Positions 12,484 through 25,680 of a DNA stretch of 64,000 bases are shown here, one piece after another; position 1 is the first letter of the stretch; the number at the start of each line of letters is the position of its first letter. The position numbers and the translations under genes are program-made. The stretch comes from Antechinus flavipes. Lineage: Eukaryota. The notes under the pieces were generated by a model. That model searched no databases and was not told the DNA's origin. It saw nothing but the letters and a program-made list of their open reading frames with translations. The stretch is from contig NC_067398.1 in the NCBI RefSeq assembly GCF_016432865.1, forward strand, positions 491,908,001-491,972,000, written 5' to 3'.

Positions 12484-12503
12484 TTGTGTGTGTGTTGTTG
12501 TGT
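12450..12503. repeat. (GT)n microsatellite, imperfect 3' part
   Basis: Direct reading. Confidence 0.95.
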
Positions 12504-14318
12504 AATGGATAAAGTCAAAGTTCACTCTAAGGAGGACTGGAATTATGTGTTTTTTGCTTGTCTTAATATTTTCTTAACATCTCTTTGAAAGAGGAATTTA
12601 ATATGGGAAATGGTCCAATATTGAAGCATTCACTATAACAGAAAAAATTTGATTTCTTTAAATGTTAATATGTTGGACATACTGAATTGGTTGGTGGTTG
12701 TTTGAGTTGCTCTAGATAAGTGGTTTATAATTTTGGTTGTTTGGGCTTGACTGTCCTCCTCCAATGGTATTATAAAGGGAGAAGTGATATTACCTTCATC
12801 TAATTCTCACTGCAACAGAATGTAGTAGGATCCTTTTCTTTCTTTTCTTCTTTTTTCTCTTTTCTCTTTTCAAAACCCACTGCTGAATCTATGGAATCCA
12901 GCCAAATCCCTGGAAACAATCCAGACCTACACATTTCTCGCGCCCATTACAACTAAAACAGTAGTAGCAAAGCTGAAATAGCTCTATTTAAAAAAAACAA
13001 CACAAAAAACAAACATTTCATCACATCCTCTCTTTCCCCCAACAATTTTAAATTATGAACTAACACATCAAAACAATATTAGGGACATGTTTAATTCACT
13101 TATGTATTCTGAGGGTGGGGAATAGAAAGAACACCTTTTATGTTGAGTTCTGTTTGAAGGGAGCTGACTTCACACATTGAATAGAGATCTCAGCCCATAA
13201 TCTTGGGTTCCTCGGCACACAGCACCAGTTTAGCTTCTAATTTACTCTCGGGTGACTTAATGGTATTGCTTAATTATAACAGTTGCAAGCTCTATCGTCT
13301 AAAATATATCACAGGCAGCCAAACATCTGCAGGGTTTTGTAGCAGGGAGGGTGCCAAATGAAATGCTCATTTTTTGTATTATTTTGCTTTTATTAGTTTT
13401 TAATACATATATGTAATAAACAAGACGAGCAAGACAGCACTTAAATATGTACCAGTGGTAATCAAATGTAAGATATTAAGTTGCAAAAATGCCCATTCTA
13501 CGGAAAGGAATATGCTCCTCAGGAGATCTGGTTTGCGACATGGGACATTTTAAAATAACATTAACTTTTCAGTGACAAAATAGCAGGAGAAAGACTTTTC
13601 AACATGGCAAGTGCATACTACTGGTAGCAAAGGCCCCACAAAAGTGCCCTGAATGAACCGAAAAATATTTGGTTTTTCATCAAATGTGAGTTACAACTGC
13701 TGCATAATTAAAGGGCTTCCTTGAGTGAAAGCTGTATCTTTTTTGGTAGGTTATAAGCATTTGGAACATAATCAAGAAACAGTCAAATTAAAAGTAAAAA
13801 AAAATCTTGGCACTAATGTGTCAGTTTATATCTGAAAGGTTAATAGCTCAGAAAGCTCTTTGATATACCTGTTTCTTTTTGTATGAAAAATAAACATATA
13901 TTTCTACAAACATGTATACATGTATGAGAGGTAAGTCACCTAATTTCTCAATTCCCTAAACAGTTCTTTCAGACTATAAATTGTAGAACTAATATGTTGT
14001 GCTTGCATTGATACAAGGATTTTGCTATACTAGTGAAATCATAGGTATAGTACAAATATGTATACAAATATGTGTATATATATTTATGTGCATACCTAGC
14101 ATTTTCAGAGATGAAATTATGTAAATAAAGAATGTCTTATTTTTTTTATGAGTTCAAAAGTTTCTGGAAAAAACATCTTTGTGTTAAAATTTTTTGTCTT
14201 TCCCATCAGACCAAAGATGGATTGATTTTCTTTTAAAACTAATTTTGATTACTTTTGTGTTGTTATAGGAGGGATCTGTCTACCTATCTCTATGTTTCTA
14301 TGTTTCTATTATCTATTT

Positions 14319-14320
<2 letters not shown>

Positions 14321-14378
<58 letters not shown>
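14321..14378. repeat. (AT)29 microsatellite
   Basis: Direct reading. Confidence 0.95.
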
Positions 14379-14381
<3 letters not shown>

Positions 14382-17300
14382 CCATTTTGTAAAAAGGAAA
14401 GGCTAATTTTTATCATGGACACCTTCAAACCAGGTTAAAAAATAAAACTCAAAACTTCATAAATGACTCTAAACAGTATAAATTTGAAAAGAAAAAAAAG
14501 GAAAAGTACAAAATATAAAAAAATAGCCAATTAAAAAAATCACTTCTGAGTATACTCAGTAGGGATCTGGTAAAAATTAAGCAGAGGCTAATGAAGCTCC
14601 AAACCCCCACATAATAGCACAGAGGGAGGAAGAGCTGGATATTGCCTGCTATGAGGCAAACTGCTTAAGGAAGATTGTGAAAGTCTCACTGAAACCAACT
14701 TAGCAAAATCCTCCCTCCCTAACCACCTTTATGAAGATCATGTCTAATCAGACAATATTGCTATTGCTGAGGTGTTGTAAGGTATGACTCTGGTGTTTCC
14801 TTCACTTAGTCACCTCCCAGTGCTGTCAAGTGAGCCACATGGATGGATGTTATTAAATATTCTGGGTCCCTCATCCAGGTGGATGCTGGTGATTCCGCAC
14901 CTGATGCTTTTTACCTATGTGACCTTGGGAAATTTATCTGAGCCTTAGTTCCTTATCTTTAAAAGAAGGGAACTGACTATATGGTTTCTGAGGTCTCTTT
15001 TAGTTTTAGAGCAATGATCATCTTATAGAGAGGGTAGTTAGAAGCCTTTCTTCTCTTCTTATAGATGACTCCTGTGTTTTTTGTTGTTGTTATTGTTTTG
15101 TTGTTTTGTTTTTTCCTTTGCCACAAGAGCAACAGGACTAATTCTCTGTAAATCCCTCATAATTTAGGATATTGCTTACAGATAGCCTCACACTGCCTCC
15201 TGGTTCCCAGAATACCCTCTTCATTACTCTATTAATCCTATTCTCCTTGGACATAGAAGCTCATACTTTCTCTTCTTCCTTTGTTTTTAACAAAATTTAT
15301 CCAGTCTGTGTTCCATTTTCACAGGGTTTTGCTAAGTGACTGAAGTGCTAACCTTCAATAGACTAATTAGCTTTGGAAGGTGTGAATAGTGAATTGCTCA
15401 AAATGATAGATTCCCTTCCAAACTCAGCTTCTGATTTCCCAGACTTTGCCATCCTGCCTAAGCTATTGTCTAATCCTAGAACAGCCCTTTGTCAGGTTGA
15501 CCCATTGGCTCCTTGTTGAGTTCTCAGGGCAGTGCAGACTAACATTCTGTTGCTGTATAGCCACTCCCCTTCAGTTTTTCAGCCCCTTTTTGTTTATTGT
15601 CTTTCCCCCATTAGAATATGTTGCTCAAGAAGAATCCCCTACTCTTGAGTAACTTACTTTTTAAAAAATGAAAGACTTTTATTATTATCATTGCCTAATT
15701 TGTATAACATAGTACCTGACACATAGGAAACATTTAATAATTGCATGCTGTTTTGCCTTGCCTAGATTCTTGAAGGAACATTTGCATTCTGAAGGGAGCT
15801 TCTAGGGATAAATCCATATTCCAAAAGAAGGAATCTCTAGCATTTGAGGCAGTATTGCTGGCTGGGCAAGATGTTTTGGGGGAAAGGGGATTTTTTTGTT
15901 GTCATCCCCTCCAAACATAAGCAGATGTTGTTTCATTTAGCATGCAACAGCAACTTAATAGATACTTGTTGATTGACTGAAGAATTGATGACTACCTATT
16001 CTGCCTAAATCAAGGGCAGCCATATATAGCAGTGAAACCTATGTTTCATGGCACTAGTTATGGTGAAAATGAAATAAGACACATAAGATAGGAAATTTCT
16101 AATATCCTATGGAATCATTGAATAGAATCATTAATTATCAAATGTTTAACTGATGTGTAAATTACTGTGCTTAGAAGCACAGTATTACTCTGTTCCAACT
16201 AGCTTCTTCCCATTGTGCATCAGATTTCTCATATTTCCCCTCAAGAATTATGGAAGGAGTGTGGAGAAGATGGCAGCAGAATGCAGGGGAAAAACACTGA
16301 ACTGCAAGGGCCCTGGCCTTGGCCACAAACTAGCTTAATGGTAATAATAATGATGATAATGATAATTGTTCTTGTTAGCATATATTGTTGTTATCAGTTA
16401 TATTAATTATTGTTATTATATGAATAAAATAACAATATTAAGACAAATAATAACAATATTACTTCTCAAAGCATTGATCCCATAGCATTTTTCTTATGGC
16501 ATTGTGAGTAAGGTAGACATTATGAGTCTTATCGTCTCCATTAATAATGAAGAAAATTGAGGCTCCAGGGAGGAAATATATCTTATCCAGAGACACAAAA
16601 CTAATAAGCAATCCAGAAACAGTCAGAATTTGAATCCATATCTTTTGACTCCAAATAAAGTGCTCTTTATACTATGTCATGCTGTCTGTCCAAAAATGAT
16701 CTTTAGCAAGTCATTTACTTCTTTGGGTTTCAGTTTCATTATTTAAGGGGGTTAGACTAATTAGCTCTTAAGATCCTTTTCTTGTTCTTAAACTTTGTAC
16801 ACCAAGGGCTACATAAATAGTGCTAGCAGGGTTGGGTGGAAGGAGAGGGATTTGGATGTATAAACATGCCTTGAGGTCAGATTAGCCCTCTGTCTCCAGT
16901 TTATAAAAGATAAAAGAGGACTACAAAGAATTTTATATGTAGTTTCTCTTAAAAAATAGAATGGAGAATTATACAAATGTAAGAAAGGAGAGAAGAAAAC
17001 CGTGAAGGACCATTGCTTCCATTAAAAAGTAGTTTTAAAAAAGGACTAGTTGTTCACTGAGGCTGGCTGTCATGAGCTGGGTTGTTTAGATCTATGAAGC
17101 ACCATCAGGAATATGAAGGAGTTTCCTCACGTACCATCTTCAGGTTTGTAGGCTCAAAGCTTTGATTTTTTTAAAGTCCATTTAGTATACCAAATTCATA
17201 GGACTGGTGTCCTATTACCATTGCAGGCACTTGACCACTTGCAGGTATTGACCATCTGCAGGGTACTCTCTCTTTACATAAAACCATTCAGGTGAATGAG

Positions 17301-17453
17301 TTAAAGAATTAGAACAAATATAGTTGAATGTTTACATGGAAAATTTCCATAAAGTCAGAATAGCTTAATGAATTGTCTTTCCTCCCTATAGGGACTTCTG
17401 TATAAAGGACAAGGACCTATTGACAGAATAAGAGCATCCCTATCTACCCCTTG

Positions 17454-17647
17454 CAGGGGTCCTCAAACTACGGCCTGCGGGCCAGATGTGGCAGCTGAGG
17501 ACTTTTATCCCCCTCACCCATGGCTATGAAATTTCTTTATTTAAAGGCCCACAAAACAAAATTTTTGTTTTTACTGTATGTAGTCCAGCCCTCCAACAGT
17601 CTGAAGGACAGTGAACTGGCCCCCTATTTAAAAAGTTTGAGGACCCT
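17454..17647. mobile_element. Second OC1-like hAT MITE
   Basis: CAGGGGTCCTCAAACT...AGTTTGAGGACCCT; body aligns end to end with 6011-6198. Confidence 0.8.
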
Positions 17648-17761
17648 AAGGAGAGGGATTGGATCCATTGGGATAGGGAACTCCTGTGTGAAGAAATCCT
17701 TTCTACTACTCACTACTAAGTATCTTATCTGCAATTTATAGTCTTAGAGATTTGTTTAAAG

Positions 17762-18106
17762 CAAAGCTTCTTGAATTGTGACTCCCAACCCTATGTCACA
17801 TAACTGAATGTGGGGATCGTGAAAAATTTGGCAACAGTAAAAAGTATCAAGTATTCCATCTAGATTTAATCCTTTTTGTAAAAATAAATAAACTCACCCA
17901 CCTCATTAGTACGCAAATTTGCTTTCTTCTTTAATGAATGCTAAAATTATATGTATACCAAAGAATTGTTTTAAAATAAATTCTTTATATTTATTATCAT
18001 TGATGTTTGATTTGTATACCTATTTTATATATTTATATATCTGGAGTTGCTTAACTATTTCTGGATTAAAAGGGGGTGTTGAGTGAAAAAAGTTTAAGAG
18101 GCCCTA
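17762..18106. mobile_element. Older hAT-Charlie non-autonomous element
   Basis: Imperfect TIRs caaagcttcttgaatt / aagtttaagaggcccta; 8-bp TSD gtttaaag/gtctagag resembles the Charlie NTCTAGAN target. Confidence 0.65.
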
Positions 18107-19488
18107 GTCTAGAGTTCTCCTTTCCAAACTATGCCCCTAGGGGGCACTTAAGCAAACTCACAGGGATGGTGGATATTTAAAATCATTAAAAAATTTTAAT
18201 TAAATAACTGATGAATAATTACAATAACTTTTAAAAATTTAAAATTTTAGGAGGGAAAACATAGCTGTACCCAACATCTGTTAGATTTCTTGTGAATTAT
18301 TGGTTTGAAGTAGTTCACAGTTTGAATCATATGACATTCTTTTTGATGATATTCTCAAAGGCTTGAGATATGTTTTTGTTTATCTCTACTTTCAACTTCT
18401 CAGATTATCTCTTATTATTTGATGTATTTGTGACACTGGGTTTAATAGTGATTAAAAAACAAACAAACAAACAAAGCAGATTAGGCACTGAGTGAAAATC
18501 AAAGTGGAGCAGGACATGAGGATAGTGGTATCCAAGGTTTGAGAAGTTGTGTTGTAGCCAATTGGTACACAAATCTCATTAGCAAGTAATTGTAGTTATT
18601 TAAATTGTCAGGACAGAAAGAAATCAAATAAACAATAAGCATTTTTGTTGTTCTTAAAATGTTGGGAATCATTAGCTTAATCAATGGCAAATGCCTGTTC
18701 TGAAAGAATCTTTGATTAAGATAGGTTAAGAAAACAATATTGGAAAATTACAACTTTGGTTGTAATTATTAAGTTCTTCTGGCTTAAAAATTTCCAGACA
18801 AGTCCCAAAAATTTTTTAAAAAGTTTAAGCTAGGTCACTTTAGCCGTTTTTGAGTTATGTGAGGGTGAAAAAAAATACACTTTCCTCTCTAAAAAAAGTA
18901 CTTTGACCTTTTTGTGCTTATATAACTCAAATAGCTGAAGCCATAAACTTCAAACTGAATGTGAGTAGAGTCCTCATTGAGAAAGGAAATTGATGCCAAA
19001 TTAGAAGGAAAATGGTTTAATATATTTTTTTAAATGTGAAGATTAAAAATTACAAGTCAGTTTCCAGTCCATGGAATATCCCCAGAACTTTTAAAGCTAC
19101 TTCAGGCAAGGTATAAATGAAGGTCTTTGAATCTAGTTTTTGACTTTTTTTGTTTTCTCCTGATACTTTTTTTCAAGAAGAAAAAATGAAATGCAAATAT
19201 GTATGCTAATGTAATGGCCAGAGTAGAAAATGAAGCAGGCAAAAAGCTTGAAATCCTATTAGGTTTCTAAATAGATTTCCTAACATGGCCCCATTATTCA
19301 TATTACATATATTGAGTTCATCTCCCTTCTTTATTGGAGTACTTGGTGCAGAGATTTAGAGAACATCTTATCTTATTTATATAGAATAGGATAACCAGGG
19401 ACAATTTTTTGGGAGGTCATGTAATGAAAACTTCTCATCAACTTGGAAAGTATACAGAACACTTTAGAATGTCTGCACTCTTTTTTCA

Positions 19489-21083
19489 GCTGAATCAGGA
19501 GTGAAACAAGGTTGCCCACTATCACCATTATTATTCAATATTGTATTAGAAATGCTAGCTTTGGCTATAAATGATGAAAAAGAGATTAAAGGAATTAGAG
19601 TAGGTAATGAGGAAACCAAATTATCACTTTTTGCAGATGATATAATGGTATATTTAGAGAACCTCAGAGAATCTACTAAAAAGCTATTAGAAATAATCCA
19701 CAACTTTATCAAAGTTGAAGGATACAAAATCCACATAAATCATCAGCATTTTTATACATCACTAACAAAATCCAACAGCAAGTGATACAGAGAGAAATTC
19801 CATTTAAAATAACTGCTGATAGTATAAAATATTTGGGAATCTATCTGCCAAGAGAAAGTTAGGAACTGTATGAGCAAAACTACAAAACACTTTCCACGCA
19901 AATAAAGTCAGATCTAAACAATTGGAAAAATATTAAGTGCTCTTGGATTGGTCGAGCGAATATAATAAACATGACAATACTCCCTAAACTAATCTATTTA
20001 TTTAGTGCAATACCAATCAACTCCCAAGAAACTATTTTGCTGATCTAGAAAAAATAACAACAAAATTCATCTGGAAAAAACAAAAGGTCAAGAATTTCAA
20101 GGGAACTAATGAAAAAAAAAATCAAATGAAGGTGGCCTCGTTATACCAGATCTAAAACTATATTATAAACAGTGGTCACCAAAACCATTTGGTATTGGCT
20201 AAGAAATAGACTAGTTGATCAGTGGAATAGGTTAGGTTCACAGGACAAAATAGTCAATAACTATAATAATCTAGTGTTTGACAAACCCAAAGACCCCAAC
20301 TTTTGGGATAAGAATGCACTATTTGACAAAAACTGCTGGGAAAATTGGAAATTAGTATGGCAGAAACTAGGCATTGACCCACACTTAACACCATACATCA
20401 AGATAAGGTCAAAATGGGTTCATGATCTAGGCATAAAGAATGAGATTATCAGTAAATTAGAAGAACATAGGATAGTTTACCTCTCAGATCTGTGGAGGAG
20501 GAAGGAATTTGTGACCAAAGAAGAACTAGAGATCATTATTGATCACAAAATAGAAAATTTTGATTATATTAAGTTAAAAAGGTTTTGTACAAACAAAACT
20601 AATACAGACAAGATTAGAAGAAAAGCAATAAACTGGGAAAACATTTTTACAGTCAAAGGTTCTGATAAAGGCCTCATTTTCAAAATATATAGAGAATTGA
20701 CTCAAATTTATAAGAAATCAAGCCATTCTCCAGTTGATAAATGGTCAAAGGATATGAACAGACAATTCTCAGATGAAGAAATTGAAACTATTTATAGACA
20801 TATGAAAAGGTGTTCCAAATCATTATTGATCAGAGAAATGCAAATTAAGACAACTCTGAGATACCACTACATACATGTGAGATTGGCTAAGATGACAGGA
20901 AAAGATAATGCAGAATGATGGAGGTGATGTGGGAAAACTTGGGACACTGATACATTGTTGGTGGAATTGTGAACAGATCCAACCATTCTGGAGAGCAATT
21001 TGGAACTATTCACAAAAAGTTATCAAACTGTGCATATCCTTTGATCCAGCAATGTTACTACTGGGTTTATAACCCAAAGAGAT
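19489..21083 (+). mobile_element. L1 ORF2 (RT to C-terminus), 5'-truncated, disrupted; left part
   Basis: ORF 19501 [15 protein letters not shown]...LSLFADD (RT motifs); ORF 20172 TIWYW...IKTTLRYH (L1 ORF2 C-terminal region). Confidence 0.95.
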
Positions 21084-22953
21084 TTTTTTTTGAGATTTTA
21101 TTTTATTTATTTATTTATTTTCTTTTATAATAACTTTTTATTGACAGAACCTATGCCAGGATAAATTTTTTATAACATTATCCCTTACACTCACTTCTGT
21201 TCTGATTTTTCCCCTCCCCCCTCCACCCCATCCCCTAGATGGCAAGCAGTCCTATATATGTTAAATATGTTGCAGTATATCCTAGATACAATATATGTTT
21301 GCAGAGCCAAACAGTTCTCTTGTTGCACAGGGATAATTGGATTCAGAAGGTAAAAATAACCCGGGAAGAAAAACAAAAATGCATAGTTTACATTCATCTC
21401 CAAGTGTTCTTTCTTTGGGTGTAGCTGCTTCTGTCCATCATTTATCAATTGAAACTGAGTTAGGTCTCTTTGTCAAAGAAATCCACTTTCATCAGAATAT
21501 ATCCTCATACAGTATCGTTGTTGAAGTGTATAATGATCTCCTGGTTCTGCTCATTTCACTCAGCATCAGTTCATGGAAGTCTCTCCAAGCCTCTCTGTAT
21601 TCATCCTGCTGGTCATTTCTTACAGAACAATAATATTCCATAACATTCATATGCCATAATTTACCCAGCCATTCTCCAATTGATGGGTATCCATTCAATT
21701 TCCAGTTTCTAGCCACTACAAACAGGGCTGCCATAAACATTTTGGCACAAGCCCAGTAGTAGCACTGCTGGATCAAAGGGTATGCACAGTTGGAAACTTT
21801 TTGAGCATAGTTCCAAACTGCTCTCCAGAATGGCTGGATGTGTTCACAATTCCATCAACAATGCATCAGTGTCCCCGTTTTCCCGCATCCCCTCCAACAT
21901 TCATCATTATTTTTTCCTGTCATCTTAGCCAATCTGACAGATGTGTAGTGGTATCTCAGAGTTGTCTTAATTTGCATTTCTCTGATCAATAGTGATTTGG
22001 AACACCCTTTCATATGCGTGGTAATAGTTTAAATTTCATCATCTGAAAATTGTCTGTTCATATCCTTTGACCATTTATCAATTGGAGAATGACTTGATTT
22101 CTTATAAATTAGAGTCAATTCTCTATATATTGTGGAAATGAGACCTTTATCAGAACCTTTAACTGTGAAGATGTTTTCCCAGTTTGATGCTTCCCTTCTA
22201 GTCTTTTTTGCATTAGTTTTGTTTGTACAAAGGCTTTTTAATTTGATATAATCAAAATTTTCTATTTTGTGATCAGTAATGGTCTCTAGTTCATCTTTGG
22301 TCACAAATTTCTTTCTCCTCCACAAGTCTGAGAGATAAACTATCCTATGTTATTCTAATTTATTTATAATCTCATTCTTTATGCCTAGATCATGGACCCA
22401 TTTTGATCTTATCTTGGTGTACAATGTTGTGGTGAGCTTTTTCTTCTCAAAACACAGCCAGGTGATGAAAGTTCAGATCTTTTATTATCTCCAATATAGC
22501 CCGGTTAGCTTAGAGGCCTATCTCTCTGCTTGGTTCCAAGAGCTCTCTCCGAATGTCGCCAAATCCAAAGGTCTGGTCCTTCAGCCTCTGCCTCTGCTTT
22601 CTTCAGCCTCCAGCCAGCTCCAACTCTTCATGCCATTCCGGTGAAAATCCCGACTTGTAGCGTCTTCCTCTGAAGAACTTCTTCGACTGGCCCATTGGCC
22701 TATTTATGCTCCTTCCAGAGAGAGGGATTATGGGTTTTCTCCCATAGTGCTCTCTGGCCCAAAGAGCTTCAAGGGAGGTATGAACTCATTGAACTCCAAT
22801 GAGTAAAGGTGTGAACACAAGCCTTGTATTAATTAGTTCTACTTAGTACCTTGTTTCAGGTTCTGCCCAAAACATCTTCTTGTAAGATTAGATCAACTCT
22901 AATTAGTTAACAGTTAGTAAGGATTCCAACACAGTGTTAAGTGTGGGTCCATG
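21084..22953 (-). mobile_element. 5'-truncated L1 nested antisense in the + L1
   Basis: Poly-T/ATTT tail at 21084; minus-strand ORF2 C-terminal peptides (21492, 22029); TSD ccaaagagat at 21074-21083 and 22954-22963. Confidence 0.92.
22428..22931 (-). mobile_element. Solo ERV LTR (504 bp) nested in the antisense L1
   Basis: TG...CA termini; minus-strand TATA-like ataaata and AATAAA; 6-bp TSD caatgt/cagtgt; L1 sequence continuous across it. Confidence 0.88.
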
Positions 22954-23535
22954 CCAAAGAGATCTTAAACAAGGGAAAGGGACCCATGTGTGCAAAAATG
23001 TCTGTGGCAGCCCTTTTTGTAGTGGCTGGAAACTGGAAATTGAATGGATGCCCATCAATTGGAGAATGGCTGAATAAATTGTGGCATATGAGTGTTATGG
23101 AATATTATTGTTCTGTAAAAAAATGACCATAACTGATGTTATGTGATTTCAACAATAATACTATATGATGATCAATTCTGATAGACGTGTCTCTCTTCAA
23201 CAATGAGATGAATCAAATCAGTTCCAATTGTTCAGTAATGAAGAGAATCAGCTACATCCAGAGAGAGAGCTATGGGAAATGAGTGTGGACCACAACATAG
23301 CATTTCCTCTCTTTCTGTTATTGTTTGCTTGCATTTTGGTTTTCTTTCTCAGATTTTTTTTACCTTCTTTCTAGATCTGATCTTTCTTGTGCAGCAAGAT
23401 AACAGTATAAATATGTATACATATATTGTAGTTAATATATACTTTAACATATTTAACATATATGGGATTACTTGACATCTAGGGGAGGGGGTAGAGGGAA
23501 AAAGGGGAAAAATTAGAACAGAAGTTTTTGCATAA
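22954..23535 (+). mobile_element. L1 ORF2 end and 3'UTR; right part of the 19489 element
   Basis: ORF 22941 CAKMSVAALFVVAGNWKLNGCPSIGEW resumes exactly where 21083 stops; G-rich 3'UTR tract near 23480. Confidence 0.92.
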
Positions 23536-23539
23536 GACT

Positions 23540-24020
23540 CTCCCTGCTATTAGGGAGAAAAATGACTCAATTTGGGAACCTAGGCAAGGGATAGAATTGG
23601 TAAAAGACTTTTGTAAAGGAGAAGCATTCTTTTTTATTTCTTAGAGAGAGTACATTGGAGGTTCCAGACTTTCTTTAGGGAGAGTATTTTGGGAGAGAAA
23701 AAATACTTTGGGAAGATAGGAATTTAGGGGAAAATCAGCTTCTTAATATGCCAGCAATCCACATTACTTTCTTAGAGACTTTGGAAAATTTTTCTTTGGG
23801 TGTGACTGAATTCTCTCTTTCTTGATTTGAGCTGAGATGTTTTGTTCCCAGGAGAAGAGATCTTTCTTTTTGTGTATTGTTTGGTATATTCTAATATGTA
23901 TAATTTTTCTGATTTCTGTTTATAATCTGCTTTCATTAATGAGTTTACTTGCTTTTTATTTTTTGTGATTGCTTTTTGTGGAATAAGTATTTGGTGGGAA
24001 GTGGTCAAATTTTCAAAGAT
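23540..24020. mobile_element. Unclassified LTR-like insertion truncating the L1 tail
   Basis: Abrupt change of sequence character after tttttgca; purine-rich blocks like old marsupial LTRs; no clear termini. Confidence 0.3.
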
Positions 24021-25184
24021 ATTTGGAATGGTCAGGAAAGAAATTTGAACCTAAAAGAAAAAAATCATATCCCTAGATTTTTTTTTTTTTAAGAGGGTGG
24101 ATATAATTTTAGTCCAGTACTCCTTTTCTGAGAATAATAGAGCACCCTATCTCATGGCTCCTTTTCCTCCTCTCCTCCAGGCAGAAATCATTTTCTCCCT
24201 TGCAGAGGGGTGGCCAATAATTCTGAGATATCTATTAAAGCCTCCCTCTGAGAAACATTTAGAAAACCCATGGGAACGAACAGAAAACTGTTACTTATGC
24301 AAACTTAGATTGTTACAAATGATATTATGTATTTCTTACTCCTGCTTTTTCTCTACCCATAAGATATCTTCTGTGTTATCCCAAATTTAAGGATAGTGTG
24401 GTATAATAGACAGCATGATGAAATTGATTTTAGGAAGACAGAAGTTCACAACCTGTCTCTGCTCTTTAGCCTTAGTTTCCTCATCTGTCATTTGGAATAA
24501 TTATACTTACCTCAGAAGAATAAGATGAAAATGAAATTACACAAGTAAAGCAATTTTATAAAGAACTATATAAAATAAATTATTACTATTTAGAACATTA
24601 GAAAGTGTAGCTTATTAGATATCTGACTATAAGTTAGCTGTTTTTGGATATCTCATGCTAGAAACAGAAATTGAATGGAAAACTTTTATGCAGATTCTCT
24701 GGAAGTTAGTCTAGTGTGATTTCTTTCCCTTAATGTGTTACTTTTTGGGTCTTTTACAAATATCTTTAGGGGAAAGACCCTGTGGAATTGCATCAAATAA
24801 AAACCTCACCCCATAGATCTTAAAAAAGCATGGATTACTTGCCACAGGAAATTTGGCAGCTTTATTGTTGCTATAGAAACCAGTAACTATTAAATTTCCT
24901 GACTCATATGTGTTTAATTTTTTAGTCCTAGTATAATACAGTAGAGGCATTTTCAAAGATATTTCTAAGTGTTTATCTCTGAATTCCTTAATGAAGCTAT
25001 TGTTTTCTCTTTAAGAATATTAACAAGAGTTGTATTCAGTGAATATCAAAAGATAGCTCACATTTATAGATGCTTTAAATTTTGTAAACTACTTCCATAT
25101 ATTCTCTCATTTGATCCTTACAATGAACCTATAGAATAATTACTATTATTATCCTCATTTTACAGAGCAGGAATTTTTCCTCAG

Positions 25185-25680
25185 TATTTTATTTTTCCAA
25201 TTACAAATAACTATAGTTTCCAACTTTTATGTTTGTTTTCCAATTTTTTTTAATCCTCCTTCCCTTACCTCCCCCCTCCCCAAGACAGCAAGCAATCTGA
25301 TACAGGTTATACATGTACAATTATTTTAAACATATTTCCATATTTGTCATTTTGTTCAAGAAAAATCAGACCAAAGGGGAAAAACCACAAGAAATGAAAA
25401 GCAAACAAGCAAAAAAAAAAAAAGTGAAAATGCCTCTGTTTCAGTCTATATTTAGCCTATATAGTTCTCTCTCTGGATGTGGATGACATTTTCTATCCCA
25501 AGTTTATTGGAATTATCTTGAATCACCACATTGTTGAGAAGAGCTAAGTACATTAAGTTTATCCTCACATAATCTTGCCATTATTGTATACAGTGTTCTC
25601 TTGGTTCTGCTCATTTCACTTACCATCAGTTCATTTAAGTCTTTCCAGGCTTTTTTTTTTTTTTTTGAAATCAGCCTGCA
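25185..25680 (-). mobile_element. Marsupial L1 3' end inserted in a MIR
   Basis: cccccctccccaagacagcaagcaatctgatacagg...ttggttctgctcatttcact, the same family as 38135 and 60242. Confidence 0.75.

Noticed and set aside
13422-13432. AAGACGAGCAA, 11 nt matching recalled miR-208a
   Set aside because: No proper 5' arm, and no myosin heavy chain intron context.
20172-20918. Longest ORF (248 aa) as a host gene or active L1
   Set aside because: It is a fragment of L1 ORF2 in a 5'-truncated, frameshifted, interrupted element.
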